NCBI GenBank assembly: GCA_963737065.1
Contig: CAVTRC010000001.1
Location: 1,152,001-1,216,000, forward strand
Reading direction: 5' to 3'
Origin: Candidatus Eremiobacteria bacterium
Lineage (GTDB): Bacteria > Vulcanimicrobiota > Vulcanimicrobiia > Vulcanimicrobiales > Vulcanimicrobiaceae
DNA: 64,000 nucleotides
The notes under the pieces are model-generated. The model was not told where the DNA came from. It did not search any database and worked only from the letters and a program-made list of their open reading frames with translations. This document shows, piece after piece, positions 42,200 to 52,148 of this stretch (position 1 is its first letter; each line of letters opens with the position of its first letter). A program made the translations under genes and the position numbers.

Positions 42200-42475
42200 T
42201 CAGGCCAATATTGTGGCATCAGGCGCAATCGGCGCCTCGTCAGGTGTAAAGAGCGTTTCCTCGGCTGCGATCTCGTTCGGAACGTATAGCACGTTTTCAT
42301 GACCGTTCGAACAATAGATCGCAACGGTCATCTCTTCAGGAGGCTCCTCTTCGGAGAAATTCAGCGCTTCGCCGCCCGCATCGACGAGAAACGAGCGCGA
42401 GCCGGCCGCCGCGAGCAGCTCGTTGCACTGCCCGCAGCGCAGTTCACGAAGATGAACCAGCGCCAGAAAGGGCAT
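42200..42475 (-). CDS. Small putative zinc-ribbon protein
   Basis: CGQC...CSNGH; acidic C-terminus; overlaps the 3' end of the PadR gene. Confidence 0.6.
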   Translation of the reverse strand: MPFLALVHLRELRCGQCNELLAAAGSRSFLVDAGGEALNFSEEEPPEEMTVAIYCSNGHENVLYVPNEIAAEETLFTPDEAPIAPDATILA

Positions 42476-42851
42476 GTTGCGGACCGGGCTGATAGAGTTC
42501 GAGCTTCAGGCGCCCGACGGCACGCTCGATTGACTCGAGATACGGCAGCATCGAACCTTTGATGCGCATCAGCCGTTCGTCGCCGGCCGGCGTAATCGCG
42601 TAGACGCGGCGCGAACGCTTCGTCGGATGATCCCAGGTCGCCGTAACGAACCCGCGCTCTTCGAGGCGGCGCAGAAGCGGATAGATCTTGTTGGTGTTGA
42701 CCGCGACGAGATCGCCGCAGATCGACTCTATGCGTTGCATCAGGCCGTATCCGTGGTCCGGCTGCTCTTTGATCAGATGCAGAAGCAGCACGGGAAAGAG
42801 CGTCTTGCTCTTAATCGGACCGCGCAGAACTTCGTCGACGCGTCTAGACAT
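42444..42851 (-). CDS. PadR-family regulator
   Basis: HGYGLM, IYPLLRRLEERGFV, RRVYAITPAG. Confidence 0.92.
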   Translation of the reverse strand: MSRRVDEVLRGPIKSKTLFPVLLLHLIKEQPDHGYGLMQRIESICGDLVAVNTNKIYPLLRRLEERGFVTATWDHPTKRSRRVYAITPAGDERLMRIKGSMLPYLESIERAVGRLKLELYQPGPQHALSGAGSSS

Positions 42852-42874
42852 TGTGATGACGCAATTCCTTGGCG

Positions 42875-44683
42875 TTACGCGGAGTGCGCATGAAGATCGA
42901 CCGCATACGCACGATCGATCGCAGCTTTATATCGTTCTTCGACCACGCGCCGCTTGATCTTCATCGACGGGGAAAGTTCGCCGCTCTCGATGCTAAACTC
43001 GCGCGGAACGATTGCGATGCGGCGGATCTGCTCGTACGTGGCGAGGTCCAATGTTTGTCTGCGCACCTCCGTTGTCATGAAATCGACGACATCTTGGCGC
43101 TCGGTAAGCTCTTCGGGCGTGAGAGTGTGCACGTTCAGCTCGACGCGGAGCAAATCCCAGTTCGGCGCAACGAGCGCGGCGGGGTACGGACGTCCGTCCC
43201 CGACGACCATCGCCTGCGCGACGAAGATCGAGCGTTTGATCGCAGCTTCGACGCGCGCCGGACTAACGTACTTACCGGTTGCCGTTTTGAACACTTCCTT
43301 TTTACGGTCGGTAATGCGGAGGTACCCGTCTGCGTCTACTTCACCGATATCGCCCGTATGAAGCCAGCCACCCGCAAGCGCCGTCGCCGTTGCATCGGGA
43401 TCGCGATAGTAACCCATCATGATGTTGCGCCCGCGTGCCAGCACTTCACCGTCTTCGGCGATTTTGATTTCGCAGCCGGGAATCGGCCGTCCGACCGCGC
43501 CGTATTTATTGAACGCGGGTGTACTTGTCGTCAGCACGGGCGACGTCTCCGTCAATCCGTAACCCTGCATGATCGGAACCCCGAGGCCAAGGAACGTCAT
43601 GGCGACATCGACGTGCAGCGCCGCGCTTCCGCTCAAGAAATGACGGATGTTCTGGAGGCCGAGCATTTTCCGGACTTTGTCGAGTACGAGACGCTTTGCA
43701 ATTGCATATTGCAGCGCGAGCGGCGGCGGCGCGGCGCCTTCGAACGTTTTCGCCGTCATGTACTCACGCCCGACCCGCAGCGCCCATGGAACGAGTTTTG
43801 CTTGCACGCCGCCGCTTTTCAGCGCCTGAGCGTGAATGCCGGCAAGTACGCGATCGAAGATTCGCGGAACCGCGGTCATTATCGTCGGATGCGTGTCGCG
43901 CATATCGGCAAGCAAGTCATTCGCATCGTGACAGATAGCGTAACGCATTCCCGCGAGCAGATAGATGTAGATCATCGTGTGCTCGTAAATATGCGAAAAC
44001 GGCAACACCGAGATCACCGATTCGCCTTTGTGCAGCTCGTCTAGTCCGTATTGCAGCGACGACTGCGCATCGAATCCCAAATTGTCATGCGAAAGCATGA
44101 CGCCTTTCGGCGCGCCGGTCGTGCCCGACGTGTAGATCAGCACGGCAAGGTCGTCGGGTTTGAGTCGCGCGTGATACTCCCCGGGCAATTCCGCATGCGC
44201 CCGGCGGATCTCGGCGCCGTGCCGCTCGAACGCGGCGAGCGACTCCGTGCCTTCGCTTTCGAAGACGATGCTCGCTGGGAGTGCCACGTTCGCCTCGCGC
44301 AAACGTTGAAGCGCAACCGCCGTGTCGATAAAGAGCAGCTTCGCCTCTGCATGTTGCAGAATAAATGCTTTGTGGTCGAGCGCCTGCGTCGGAAAGATGG
44401 GCACGACGACGCAGCCGGCAAAAAATGTGGCGAAATCGCAGATCACCCAGTCGATACAGTTGTGCGCGACAAGCGCGACGCGGTCGCCTTGCCCGAGCCC
44501 TGCCTCGCGAATCGCACACGCGACGTTTTCGACACGATCCAAAACCCGTGCGGCAGACGTCGGCGTCCATGCGTGGCTTACGCGCTCGACCAACGCGTCT
44601 TCGCGCGATTCCGAAAGCGCGCGGCGGATTAACTTTGGAAGCGTCTCTTTAGCCGGCAGTCCGTAAGAGGGCGAAGACGACAT
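42875..44683 (-). CDS. Long-chain fatty acid-CoA ligase
   Basis: YTSGTTGAPKG, QGYGLTETSP, WLHTGDIG, ITDRKKEVFKTATGKYVSP. Confidence 0.93.
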   Translation of the reverse strand: MSSSPSYGLPAKETLPKLIRRALSESREDALVERVSHAWTPTSAARVLDRVENVACAIREAGLGQGDRVALVAHNCIDWVICDFATFFAGCVVVPIFPTQALDHKAFILQHAEAKLLFIDTAVALQRLREANVALPASIVFESEGTESLAAFERHGAEIRRAHAELPGEYHARLKPDDLAVLIYTSGTTGAPKGVMLSHDNLGFDAQSSLQYGLDELHKGESVISVLPFSHIYEHTMIYIYLLAGMRYAICHDANDLLADMRDTHPTIMTAVPRIFDRVLAGIHAQALKSGGVQAKLVPWALRVGREYMTAKTFEGAAPPPLALQYAIAKRLVLDKVRKMLGLQNIRHFLSGSAALHVDVAMTFLGLGVPIMQGYGLTETSPVLTTSTPAFNKYGAVGRPIPGCEIKIAEDGEVLARGRNIMMGYYRDPDATATALAGGWLHTGDIGEVDADGYLRITDRKKEVFKTATGKYVSPARVEAAIKRSIFVAQAMVVGDGRPYPAALVAPNWDLLRVELNVHTLTPEELTERQDVVDFMTTEVRRQTLDLATYEQIRRIAIVPREFSIESGELSPSMKIKRRVVEERYKAAIDRAYAVDLHAHSA

Positions 44684-44721
44684 TCGTCCACTTTTCGCCG
44701 AGCCCAATATTGTTCATTCTA

Positions 44722-45315
44722 TCATATACGTAAGTACGGCTCGGCGCGCGCGAGTCGCGACGCCGTCATGCCCGCGACGTCGAGGAGCTCATCGAACGTT
44801 TCGTACGCACCGTCGCGCTCGCGTACTTCGACGATGCGAGCCGCCAGTGTCGCGCCGATGCCGGGAATCGTTGCAAGCTGCGTTGGCGTCGCGGTGTTGA
44901 GGTCAAAGATGTCGGTGACGCGTTTCTTCTTCGTTTCGCGCGTGCGTCGCGCGCGCGCCGGACGAGGAGTTGGCGCGCCAAGCACCGCAACATACACTTC
45001 GTCTCCATCGGCGACGTGCGCCGCAAGGTTAATCGCTCCGGTATCGGCGTCGGGACGAAGCCCGCCCGCGCTGCGCACCGCGTCGTCGGCACGTGCGCCG
45101 TCGCGCAGATGGTACAGGCCGGGATGAACGACCGCGCCCGCAACGTACACCACGTTGTCGACAGCAGCAAAGCGTTGGTTGCGCCGGACGTGTCGTGGAG
45201 CAATCGGCGACGCGGATTGCATCGCGAACGCAGTAGCCACGTTGGCGGCGGGCGGACGCCAAATCACGACCGCGACGATGATGAGTCCGGCGAGAACGGC
45301 GAGGATGCGTTTCAT
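44722..45315 (-). CDS. comEA: Competence DNA receptor ComEA
   Basis: TM anchor, SLBB (VYVAGAVVHPGLY), HhH (LNTAT..LATIPGIGATLA). Confidence 0.9.
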   Translation of the reverse strand: MKRILAVLAGLIIVAVVIWRPPAANVATAFAMQSASPIAPRHVRRNQRFAAVDNVVYVAGAVVHPGLYHLRDGARADDAVRSAGGLRPDADTGAINLAAHVADGDEVYVAVLGAPTPRPARARRTRETKKKRVTDIFDLNTATPTQLATIPGIGATLAARIVEVRERDGAYETFDELLDVAGMTASRLARAEPYLRI

Positions 45316-45335
45316 ACCCCCCGTTCACGCGCCGG

Positions 45336-45974
45336 CTACGAGCCGACTAGCGTCGCGTCGATCGACGTCGAGTATAGTGCGTTCGGCGGCCGCGTCACAT
45401 CGTGCACGAACAGCGCCGCCGACTGTGACCGGTCGTACGACACATGTTCTTCCTCGATCGTCCCCGCCGAACGGACGTTGCGCAAAATTGTCAGGTCGAC
45501 CCGCGACGCATCATGCGGATCGGCAACCGCGCTGGTCGTGTACTGCCGCTGCCCCCGCTCGATACCGGCGCCGGTCACTGCCGAAGCGAATACGGCGAAC
45601 GTGCCGCGTGATACCGGAATAATCCCAGGCGCCAACAGCGGCAACAACACCGCTTCCCCAGCGGATGGAAATTCTTCGGCTCCGCAGAGCACGTCGCCGC
45701 GTTCGTACACTTCGCACCGTACGGTCTGCCGTGAACGGACGGCATTCCACGTCGTCTGCGTGGCAGCCACGACGGTGCCGCCGTCCTTCGCGGAGCCCAA
45801 CACATCGATGTCGACGGTCGCCGTACCCGGTCCATCCGCGTTGCGGATCGGCGCGGCGGCGGTCTTCGTCGGGTAGATCGTGACCGCGTACTCGAGGTGG
45901 CGTACCATAGCGGCGCGTGCCGGCGTCGCAAGCATGACGGCCGCGACGATCGAGGAAACAGCAAGGAATCGCAT
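45336..45974 (-). CDS. Hypothetical secreted protein
   Basis: GGAGG SD, signal peptide MRFLAVSSIVAAVMLATPARA. Confidence 0.65.
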   Translation of the reverse strand: MRFLAVSSIVAAVMLATPARAAMVRHLEYAVTIYPTKTAAAPIRNADGPGTATVDIDVLGSAKDGGTVVAATQTTWNAVRSRQTVRCEVYERGDVLCGAEEFPSAGEAVLLPLLAPGIIPVSRGTFAVFASAVTGAGIERGQRQYTTSAVADPHDASRVDLTILRNVRSAGTIEEEHVSYDRSQSAALFVHDVTRPPNALYSTSIDATLVGS

Positions 45975-46066
45975 CAGTAGTCCTCCCCTGTACATCAGCT
46001 TGCCAAGGGTCCCTGAAGAACCGCTGACAGTCAAAAGGTAGCGCGGAACCGGGCGCCCCAAGTACC

Positions 46067-48553
46067 ATGCCTTCTATGGCCGAGACGTACGATTTCCGGA
46101 AGATCGAGCGCGCGTGGCAACAACGCTGGGAGCGCGAGCAGATTTATCGCGCGGACGATAATGACCCGCGCCCGAAATACTATGTGCTCGAGATGCTTCC
46201 GTATCCGTCGGGCGATCTGCACGTCGGCCATGCGAAAAACTATACGCTCGGCGACGCGGTCGCGCGCACGATGCGCATGCTCGGCTACAACGTTCTGCAT
46301 CCGATGGGGTGGGATGCCTTCGGACTTCCCGCGGAAAACGCCGCGATTGCGCGCGGCATTGCGCCGGCGACGTGGACGGACTCGAATATCGCGAACATGC
46401 AGCGCCAGATCCGGTTGATGGGGACCGGGTACGACTGGAGCCGTGAAGTCGCGACGTGCGAGGCCGAGTATTACCGTTGGAACCAATGGCTTTTCTTGCG
46501 CTTGTACGAGAATGGTCTCGCCTACAAGCGCGAAGCTCCGGTGAATTGGTGTCCTCACGATCAGACCGTCCTCGCAAACGAGCAAGTCATCGACGGCCGA
46601 TGCTGGCGCTGCGGCCACTTGGTCGAACGACGCAACTTGTCGCAATGGTTTCTGAAAATCACCGATTACGCAGATCGTCTGCTGGCGGGTCTCGACGACT
46701 TGGACGGCTGGCCCGAGCGCACGAAGACGATGCAACGCAATTGGATCGGCCGCAGCACCGGCGTTACGCTGCGATGGAAGATCGAGCAATCGCAAGCGAC
46801 GTTCGAGACGTTCACGACGCGCGTCGACACGATCTTCGGCGTGACGTTCGTTGTGCTGGCGCCCGAACACCCCGCCGTTGCATCGATCAAATCCATCGTA
46901 TCGAAGAAGAATGCCGGCGCGATCGATACGTTTGCAGAGTCATTGGCATCGAAGTCGGAACTCGAGCGCACGAGCTTGATGGAGAAAGAAGGCGTATTTA
47001 CCGGCGCCTACGCGATCAATCCGATCTCGCACGAACGCGTTCCGATCTATGTTGCGAACTACGTCGTGGCGGAATACGGAACCGGCGCAGTGCAAGGCGT
47101 ACCGGCGCACGACGAACGCGACTTCGAGTTTGCGAAGAAGTACGGCTTACCGATCGCGCAAGTCATCGCGCAATCCGACGCCGGCGTCGATGGTCCGCTC
47201 ACCGAGGCGTACACCGGCGAAGGGCGCCTCATTGCGAGCGGCGACTACACCGGCATGCGCAGCGAGCGGGCGCGTAACGTGATCGCTGAACACGTGAAAG
47301 CCGCCGGGATCGGCGATACGGCGGTGCACTACCGCTTCCGCGACTGGCTGGTCTCGCGACAGCGATATTGGGGCACGCCGATTCCGATCGTCTACTGCGA
47401 TCGTTGCGGCGAGGTGCCCGTGCCCGACGATCGACTGCCGGTAGCGCTTCCCGCCGACGTGCCGATCACCGGTGAAGGATCACCGCTCGCGCGTGATGCG
47501 GAATTCATCAATACCACGTGTCCGTCGTGCGGTGGCGCAGCGCGGCGCGAGAGCGATACGATGGACACGTTCTTCGAGTCCTCTTGGTACTATTTGCGCT
47601 ATCTCGACCCACATAATAGCGCCGCACCGTGGGCGATAGACCACGCGCAACAATGGATGAACGTCGATCAATACATCGGCGGTGCGGAACACACGGTACT
47701 GCATCTGCTCTACTCGCGCTTCTTTTATAAGTTCTTCCACGATCGAGGCTGGGTGAGCGCAAGCGAAGAGCCGTTCCAGCGGCTGTTCCATCAAGGCATG
47801 GTGCTGTATAACGGCGAGAAGATGTCGAAGTCGCGCGGCAACGTCATCGGTATCGATGAAACGGCCGAGGAAAACGGCGTCGATGCGATGCGCCTCTTCT
47901 TGCTCTACGTGACGCCGCCGGAGGATACGAGCGACTGGACCGACGAGGGAATCAACGGTCGCGTGCGTTTCCTCAATCGCGTGTGGCGCGCGTCGGAGCC
48001 GTTCGTCTCTGCCGCGGCCGCCGTTTCGCCGCGTGAATTGCCGCCGATCGCAAATGCGGAAGATCGCGCACTCGTTCGCGCCGTGCACGTCGTCGCGAAA
48101 TCGATCGTAGACGAAGTATCATCGCGGCGCTTTCATTTCAACACGACGATCGCGAAGCTCGACGAACTCGTAAACGCGATGACGGCCGCTGCGCAGAAGA
48201 TGCCGGATTCGCGCGCGTTTCTCTATGCCGTGCACGCGCTGCCGCTGCTGCTCGCTCCGTATGCGCCGCATATCGCCGAAGAACTGTGGTCGCGGCTCGG
48301 GCACCCGGCATCGGTGCACTTGGAACGCGTCGTCGAACCGGACGATGCCGCGCTCGAAGTTGACGAGATCACGCTTGTCGTGCAGGTGAACGGCAAGGTT
48401 CGCGCGCGCATTAACGCGCAGCCGGGCATCGCGGAAGACGACGCGGTCGCGCTTGCGCTCGCCGATCCGAACGTGCGCGCGCAGATGGACGGCAGGGAAG
48501 TGCGCAAGCGCATCTTCGTTCCCGACAAGCTCGTCAATCTGGTCGTCGCATGA
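46067..48553 (+). CDS. leuS: Leucine-tRNA ligase
   Basis: PYPSGDLHVGH, GWDAFGLPAENAA, KMSKSRGN, VQVNGKVR. Confidence 0.97.
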   Translation: MPSMAETYDFRKIERAWQQRWEREQIYRADDNDPRPKYYVLEMLPYPSGDLHVGHAKNYTLGDAVARTMRMLGYNVLHPMGWDAFGLPAENAAIARGIAPATWTDSNIANMQRQIRLMGTGYDWSREVATCEAEYYRWNQWLFLRLYENGLAYKREAPVNWCPHDQTVLANEQVIDGRCWRCGHLVERRNLSQWFLKITDYADRLLAGLDDLDGWPERTKTMQRNWIGRSTGVTLRWKIEQSQATFETFTTRVDTIFGVTFVVLAPEHPAVASIKSIVSKKNAGAIDTFAESLASKSELERTSLMEKEGVFTGAYAINPISHERVPIYVANYVVAEYGTGAVQGVPAHDERDFEFAKKYGLPIAQVIAQSDAGVDGPLTEAYTGEGRLIASGDYTGMRSERARNVIAEHVKAAGIGDTAVHYRFRDWLVSRQRYWGTPIPIVYCDRCGEVPVPDDRLPVALPADVPITGEGSPLARDAEFINTTCPSCGGAARRESDTMDTFFESSWYYLRYLDPHNSAAPWAIDHAQQWMNVDQYIGGAEHTVLHLLYSRFFYKFFHDRGWVSASEEPFQRLFHQGMVLYNGEKMSKSRGNVIGIDETAEENGVDAMRLFLLYVTPPEDTSDWTDEGINGRVRFLNRVWRASEPFVSAAAAVSPRELPPIANAEDRALVRAVHVVAKSIVDEVSSRRFHFNTTIAKLDELVNAMTAAAQKMPDSRAFLYAVHALPLLLAPYAPHIAEELWSRLGHPASVHLERVVEPDDAALEVDEITLVVQVNGKVRARINAQPGIAEDDAVALALADPNVRAQMDGREVRKRIFVPDKLVNLVVA

Positions 48554-49770
48554 GCGACGTTCGCCGTACGCTTGCCGCGCGGTGTTGCGTCGTGGGCGGT
48601 GGTCCAGCCGGGATCATGCTCGGCTATCTCTTGGCACGTCAAGGCCACAGCGTGATCGTTCTGGAGAAGCACGGGGACTTTCTGCGCGACTTCCGCGGCG
48701 ACACCGTCCACCCGTCGACGATGAACGTCCTCGATGAACTCGGTCTGCTGGACGAATTCTTGAAACGTCCCCATTCGCAGATTCAACGCCTTTCGGGTCA
48801 CGTCGGTTCGGACACGATCCCGATCGCGGACCTTTCACACGTGCCCGGACGCGCGAAGTTCATCGCAATTATGCCGCAGTGGGATTTTCTCAGTTTTATC
48901 ACGGAGAAAGCGCGCGCGTTTGGCGGATTCCAACTATTGATGAATACGGCGGGCGTGGACGTCGTTCGCGATGCAAACCGCGTCATCGGCGTCCGCGCGA
49001 ACGGGCCCGAGGGCGCGCTCGAGATTCGTGCGGACGTCGTGGTTGCATGCGACGGCCGTCACTCCACGATGCGTTCGGCGGCGTCGATGAAGCCGCGCGA
49101 CCTCGGCGCGCCGATGGACGTGCTGTGGATGCGCTTATCGAAAAAACCGGGCGATCAAAACGCCGCGCTCGGGTTCGTCGGCGCCGGCGTCATTCTCGTG
49201 TTCATCGACCGTGGCGAGTATTGGCAGTGTGGATTCGTGATCCCGAAAGGCGCCGGCGAACGCGTGCGAGCGCGCGGGCTGGACGCGTTTCGAAACGAGA
49301 TCGCCAAGCTTGCGACGTTTGCAGCCGACCGCGTCGACGAACTGAAGACTTGGGATGACGTCAAATTGCTGTCCGTTGCGGTCGATCGGCTCGAGCGCTG
49401 GTTCATTTCCGGAATGCTTTTTATCGGTGATGCGGCGCACACCATGTCGCCGGTCGGCGGCGTCGGGATCAATCTCGCGATCCAGGACGCGGTCGCGACC
49501 GCCAATATTGTGGGTGCCGCACTCGATACGCCCGGGCGCGTATCTGACGACGTGCTTGAATCAGTTCAGCGACGACGGATGTTCCCCACGGTGACGACGC
49601 AAGCGCTGCAGGTTTTCATTCAACGGCGCATCATCGCCTCGGTGCTGCGCTCCGAAGCGCCGCCGAAGCGCGCGCCGTTGATTTTGCGTGTCTTGGTCGA
49701 CATTCCGGGCTTCCGGCGCATTCCCGCGTACGTCGTCGGCATCGGTTTCCGGCCCGAACACGTCCGGTGA
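48550..49770 (+). CDS. FAD-dependent monooxygenase/oxidoreductase
   Basis: GGGPAG, DFLRDFRGDTVHPST, IGDAAHTMSPVGGVGINLAIQD. Confidence 0.9.
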   Translation: MSDVRRTLAARCCVVGGGPAGIMLGYLLARQGHSVIVLEKHGDFLRDFRGDTVHPSTMNVLDELGLLDEFLKRPHSQIQRLSGHVGSDTIPIADLSHVPGRAKFIAIMPQWDFLSFITEKARAFGGFQLLMNTAGVDVVRDANRVIGVRANGPEGALEIRADVVVACDGRHSTMRSAASMKPRDLGAPMDVLWMRLSKKPGDQNAALGFVGAGVILVFIDRGEYWQCGFVIPKGAGERVRARGLDAFRNEIAKLATFAADRVDELKTWDDVKLLSVAVDRLERWFISGMLFIGDAAHTMSPVGGVGINLAIQDAVATANIVGAALDTPGRVSDDVLESVQRRRMFPTVTTQALQVFIQRRIIASVLRSEAPPKRAPLILRVLVDIPGFRRIPAYVVGIGFRPEHVR

Positions 49771-51425
49771 GCAACATCGCCGCGCGTCTGGAGCGGCTTC
49801 CTCCGTCGCGGTCTCTTCGTAACATCGTGCTGCGTATATCGGCGGGTGCGTGGTTCGAGCTGTACGACCTCTTCATGACGGCGTACATCGCGCTCGGCCT
49901 CGTTAAAGACGGCATCTTTGAAGCCGCGACCCCGAATCCATTCGTCGTGAACTCGCTCGCAAGTTTCGTTGCGTCGGGTTTCGCAGGCATGTTCGTCGGA
50001 ACGATCCTTTTCAGTTGGATCTCGGACCACTATGGGCGCAAAGCGACGTTCGTATACGCGCTTGCATGGTACTCTTTCGCAAATTTCATCATGGCCTTTG
50101 CGCACGGGGCGGCTGCCATCGACTTCTGGCGCTTCATCGCGGGCATCGGCATCGGCGTGCAACTGATCACCGTCGATACGTACATCTGCGAGTTCACGCC
50201 GAAGAATATGCGCGGACGCGCGATCGCACTTTCGCAGTTCATCGGGTACACGTCGGTACCCGTCGCCGCGCTGCTGAGCTACGTGCTCGTTCCGCACACG
50301 ATTGCAGGTGTTTCCGGTTGGCGATTCGTTGCGCTGGTCGGTTCGCTCGGTATCGTGGCGATGTGGTTTATCCGCGGCGGTCTGCCTGAGTCCCCGCGTT
50401 GGCATGAATCGCGCGGCCGCACCCACGATGCTGAGGCGGCGATGAGTTCACTTGAACGGGCGGTTACGAGCGAAACGGGTAGCGAACTGCCCGCAACGCA
50501 AGCGGCAACGCCAACGCAGGCGCGCGGCTCGTGGCGTGATATGTGGAAGCCGCCGTATCGCAAGCGCACCATCACCATGATCGCGTTCAATGCCACGCAG
50601 ACGTTCGGATTCTATGGCTTCGCATCGTGGGTGCCGATTCTGCTCGCGAACGAAGGCGTGAGCATCGTCCACTCGCTGCTCTATACCTTTTTGATTGCCC
50701 TCGTGAATCCGATTGGCCCGTTGCTCGGCATGCGGTACGCGGACCGCTGGGAGCGAAGATGGCAGCTCGTTGTGCTGGCGACGGCTATTGCGGTGTTCGG
50801 CTTGATTTTCGCGCATGTGCGCGCGCCCGCGCTCATCATTCTGATGGGCACGCTGATCACACTATCGAACGGTCTTTTCTCGGTCGCACAGCATGCCTAT
50901 CAGGCGGAACTCTTTCCGACCGCAATACGAGCGCGCGCAACGGGATTCGTCTATTCGTGGAGCCGATGTGCATCCATTTTCGTCAGCTTCGTCATCGGCG
51001 CGGTACTCGCACGATATGGAACGAGCGGCGTCTTCATCGTGATCGCAGCCGCAATGGCGGTCGTCGTGATCGTCATCGGCGGCTTCGGCACGAGCACGCG
51101 CGGGTTATCGCTCGAGGAACTCGCCGGCGTTGCAAACGCAGAACCCGTTACGCGCCGCCGCTTACGCGGGAACGAGCGCCTTGAAATAGTCGTACGTTTC
51201 TTGCATTCCGTCGAGCAGGTTCGTCTGCGGCGTCCATCCGAGTTCTTTTTTGGCCAGCGCCGCATCGAATTGCGCGTCGCGCGCATCACCCGGGCGTTTC
51301 GGCGCATGCGTGACCGGTGCTTCGAATCCGCTGATCTGCACGAGCGTTCGATAGATCTCATTCACGCTCGTTTTGACATTCGTTCCGATCACGTAGCAGC
51401 CGCCGCTGCCGTTATCGAGCGCTAA
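49767..51425 (+). CDS. MFS transporter (sugar porter/aromatic acid-like); 3' end overlaps galE-like gene and is uncertain
   Basis: SDHYGRK, LPESPRW, AELFPTAIRARATG, TRGLSLEEL. Confidence 0.88.
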   Translation: MSNIAARLERLPPSRSLRNIVLRISAGAWFELYDLFMTAYIALGLVKDGIFEAATPNPFVVNSLASFVASGFAGMFVGTILFSWISDHYGRKATFVYALAWYSFANFIMAFAHGAAAIDFWRFIAGIGIGVQLITVDTYICEFTPKNMRGRAIALSQFIGYTSVPVAALLSYVLVPHTIAGVSGWRFVALVGSLGIVAMWFIRGGLPESPRWHESRGRTHDAEAAMSSLERAVTSETGSELPATQAATPTQARGSWRDMWKPPYRKRTITMIAFNATQTFGFYGFASWVPILLANEGVSIVHSLLYTFLIALVNPIGPLLGMRYADRWERRWQLVVLATAIAVFGLIFAHVRAPALIILMGTLITLSNGLFSVAQHAYQAELFPTAIRARATGFVYSWSRCASIFVSFVIGAVLARYGTSGVFIVIAAAMAVVVIVIGGFGTSTRGLSLEELAGVANAEPVTRRRLRGNERLEIVVRFLHSVEQVRLRRPSEFFFGQRRIELRVARITRAFRRMRDRCFESADLHERSIDLIHARFDIRSDHVAAAAAVIER

Positions 51426-52095
51426 AACATTCGCTCGCGCAACGTCTTTGACGAAGACGTAATCGCGCGTCTGCTCGCCGTCCCAATCGATGCGAATCCC
51501 TTCGTGTTTGAGGAACTTGCCGATGAAAATCGAAATGACGCCCGCTTCGCCATTAGGATCCTGCCGCGGGCCGTACACGTTGCCGTAGCGCAACGCCGTG
51601 AAGTCGAGTCCCTTTTCGTTTTTGTAGAACCGCAGATAGTGCTCGGCCACCATCTTCGTGATACCGTACGGCGAGGTGGGATTTTGCCGGGTCGCTTCCG
51701 TGATCGGGAAGCGTTCCGGCGTGCCAAACGTCGCGCCGCTCGACGCAAAGAGCACCTTCTTCACGCCGGACTTTGACCGACGCGTCGAGCACATTGATCA
51801 GTCCCATGACGTTGACGTCGGCATCGTACTTCGGATCGCGCGACGAGATCGCGACGGAGTGTTGCGCGGCGTGATGGCTGACGACATCCGGCCGGAATTC
51901 TTGAAAGATGCGTGCGACGTTCTCGTCCCGGATGTCCATGTGCACGAAGCTTGCGCGCTCCGGAATGTTCGCACGCCGCCCGCCACCGTGTTCCCACAAC
52001 GAATCGAGAACGAGCACGTCGTGCCCGCCCGCTACGTACGCATCCGCGATATGTGACCCGATGAAGCCGGCGCCGCCGGTGATGATAATCCGCAC
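51162..52095 (-). CDS. NAD-dependent epimerase (UDP-glucose 4-epimerase-like), frameshift near 51775
   Basis: ITGGAGFIGSH, SPYGITK, RYGNVYGPRQ, QTRDYVFV. Confidence 0.92.
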
Positions 52096-52148
52096 TACGA
52101 GCTCCCTCGTTCCCTTGCATAACGCGCACCGGGTCGCAGAAGCACTAC

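Noticed and set aside
51162..51425. 264-nt convergent overlap of MFS and epimerase genes as true dual coding
   Set aside because: MFS similarity ends at LSLEEL (~51120); the tail is antisense read-through or an indel artefact.
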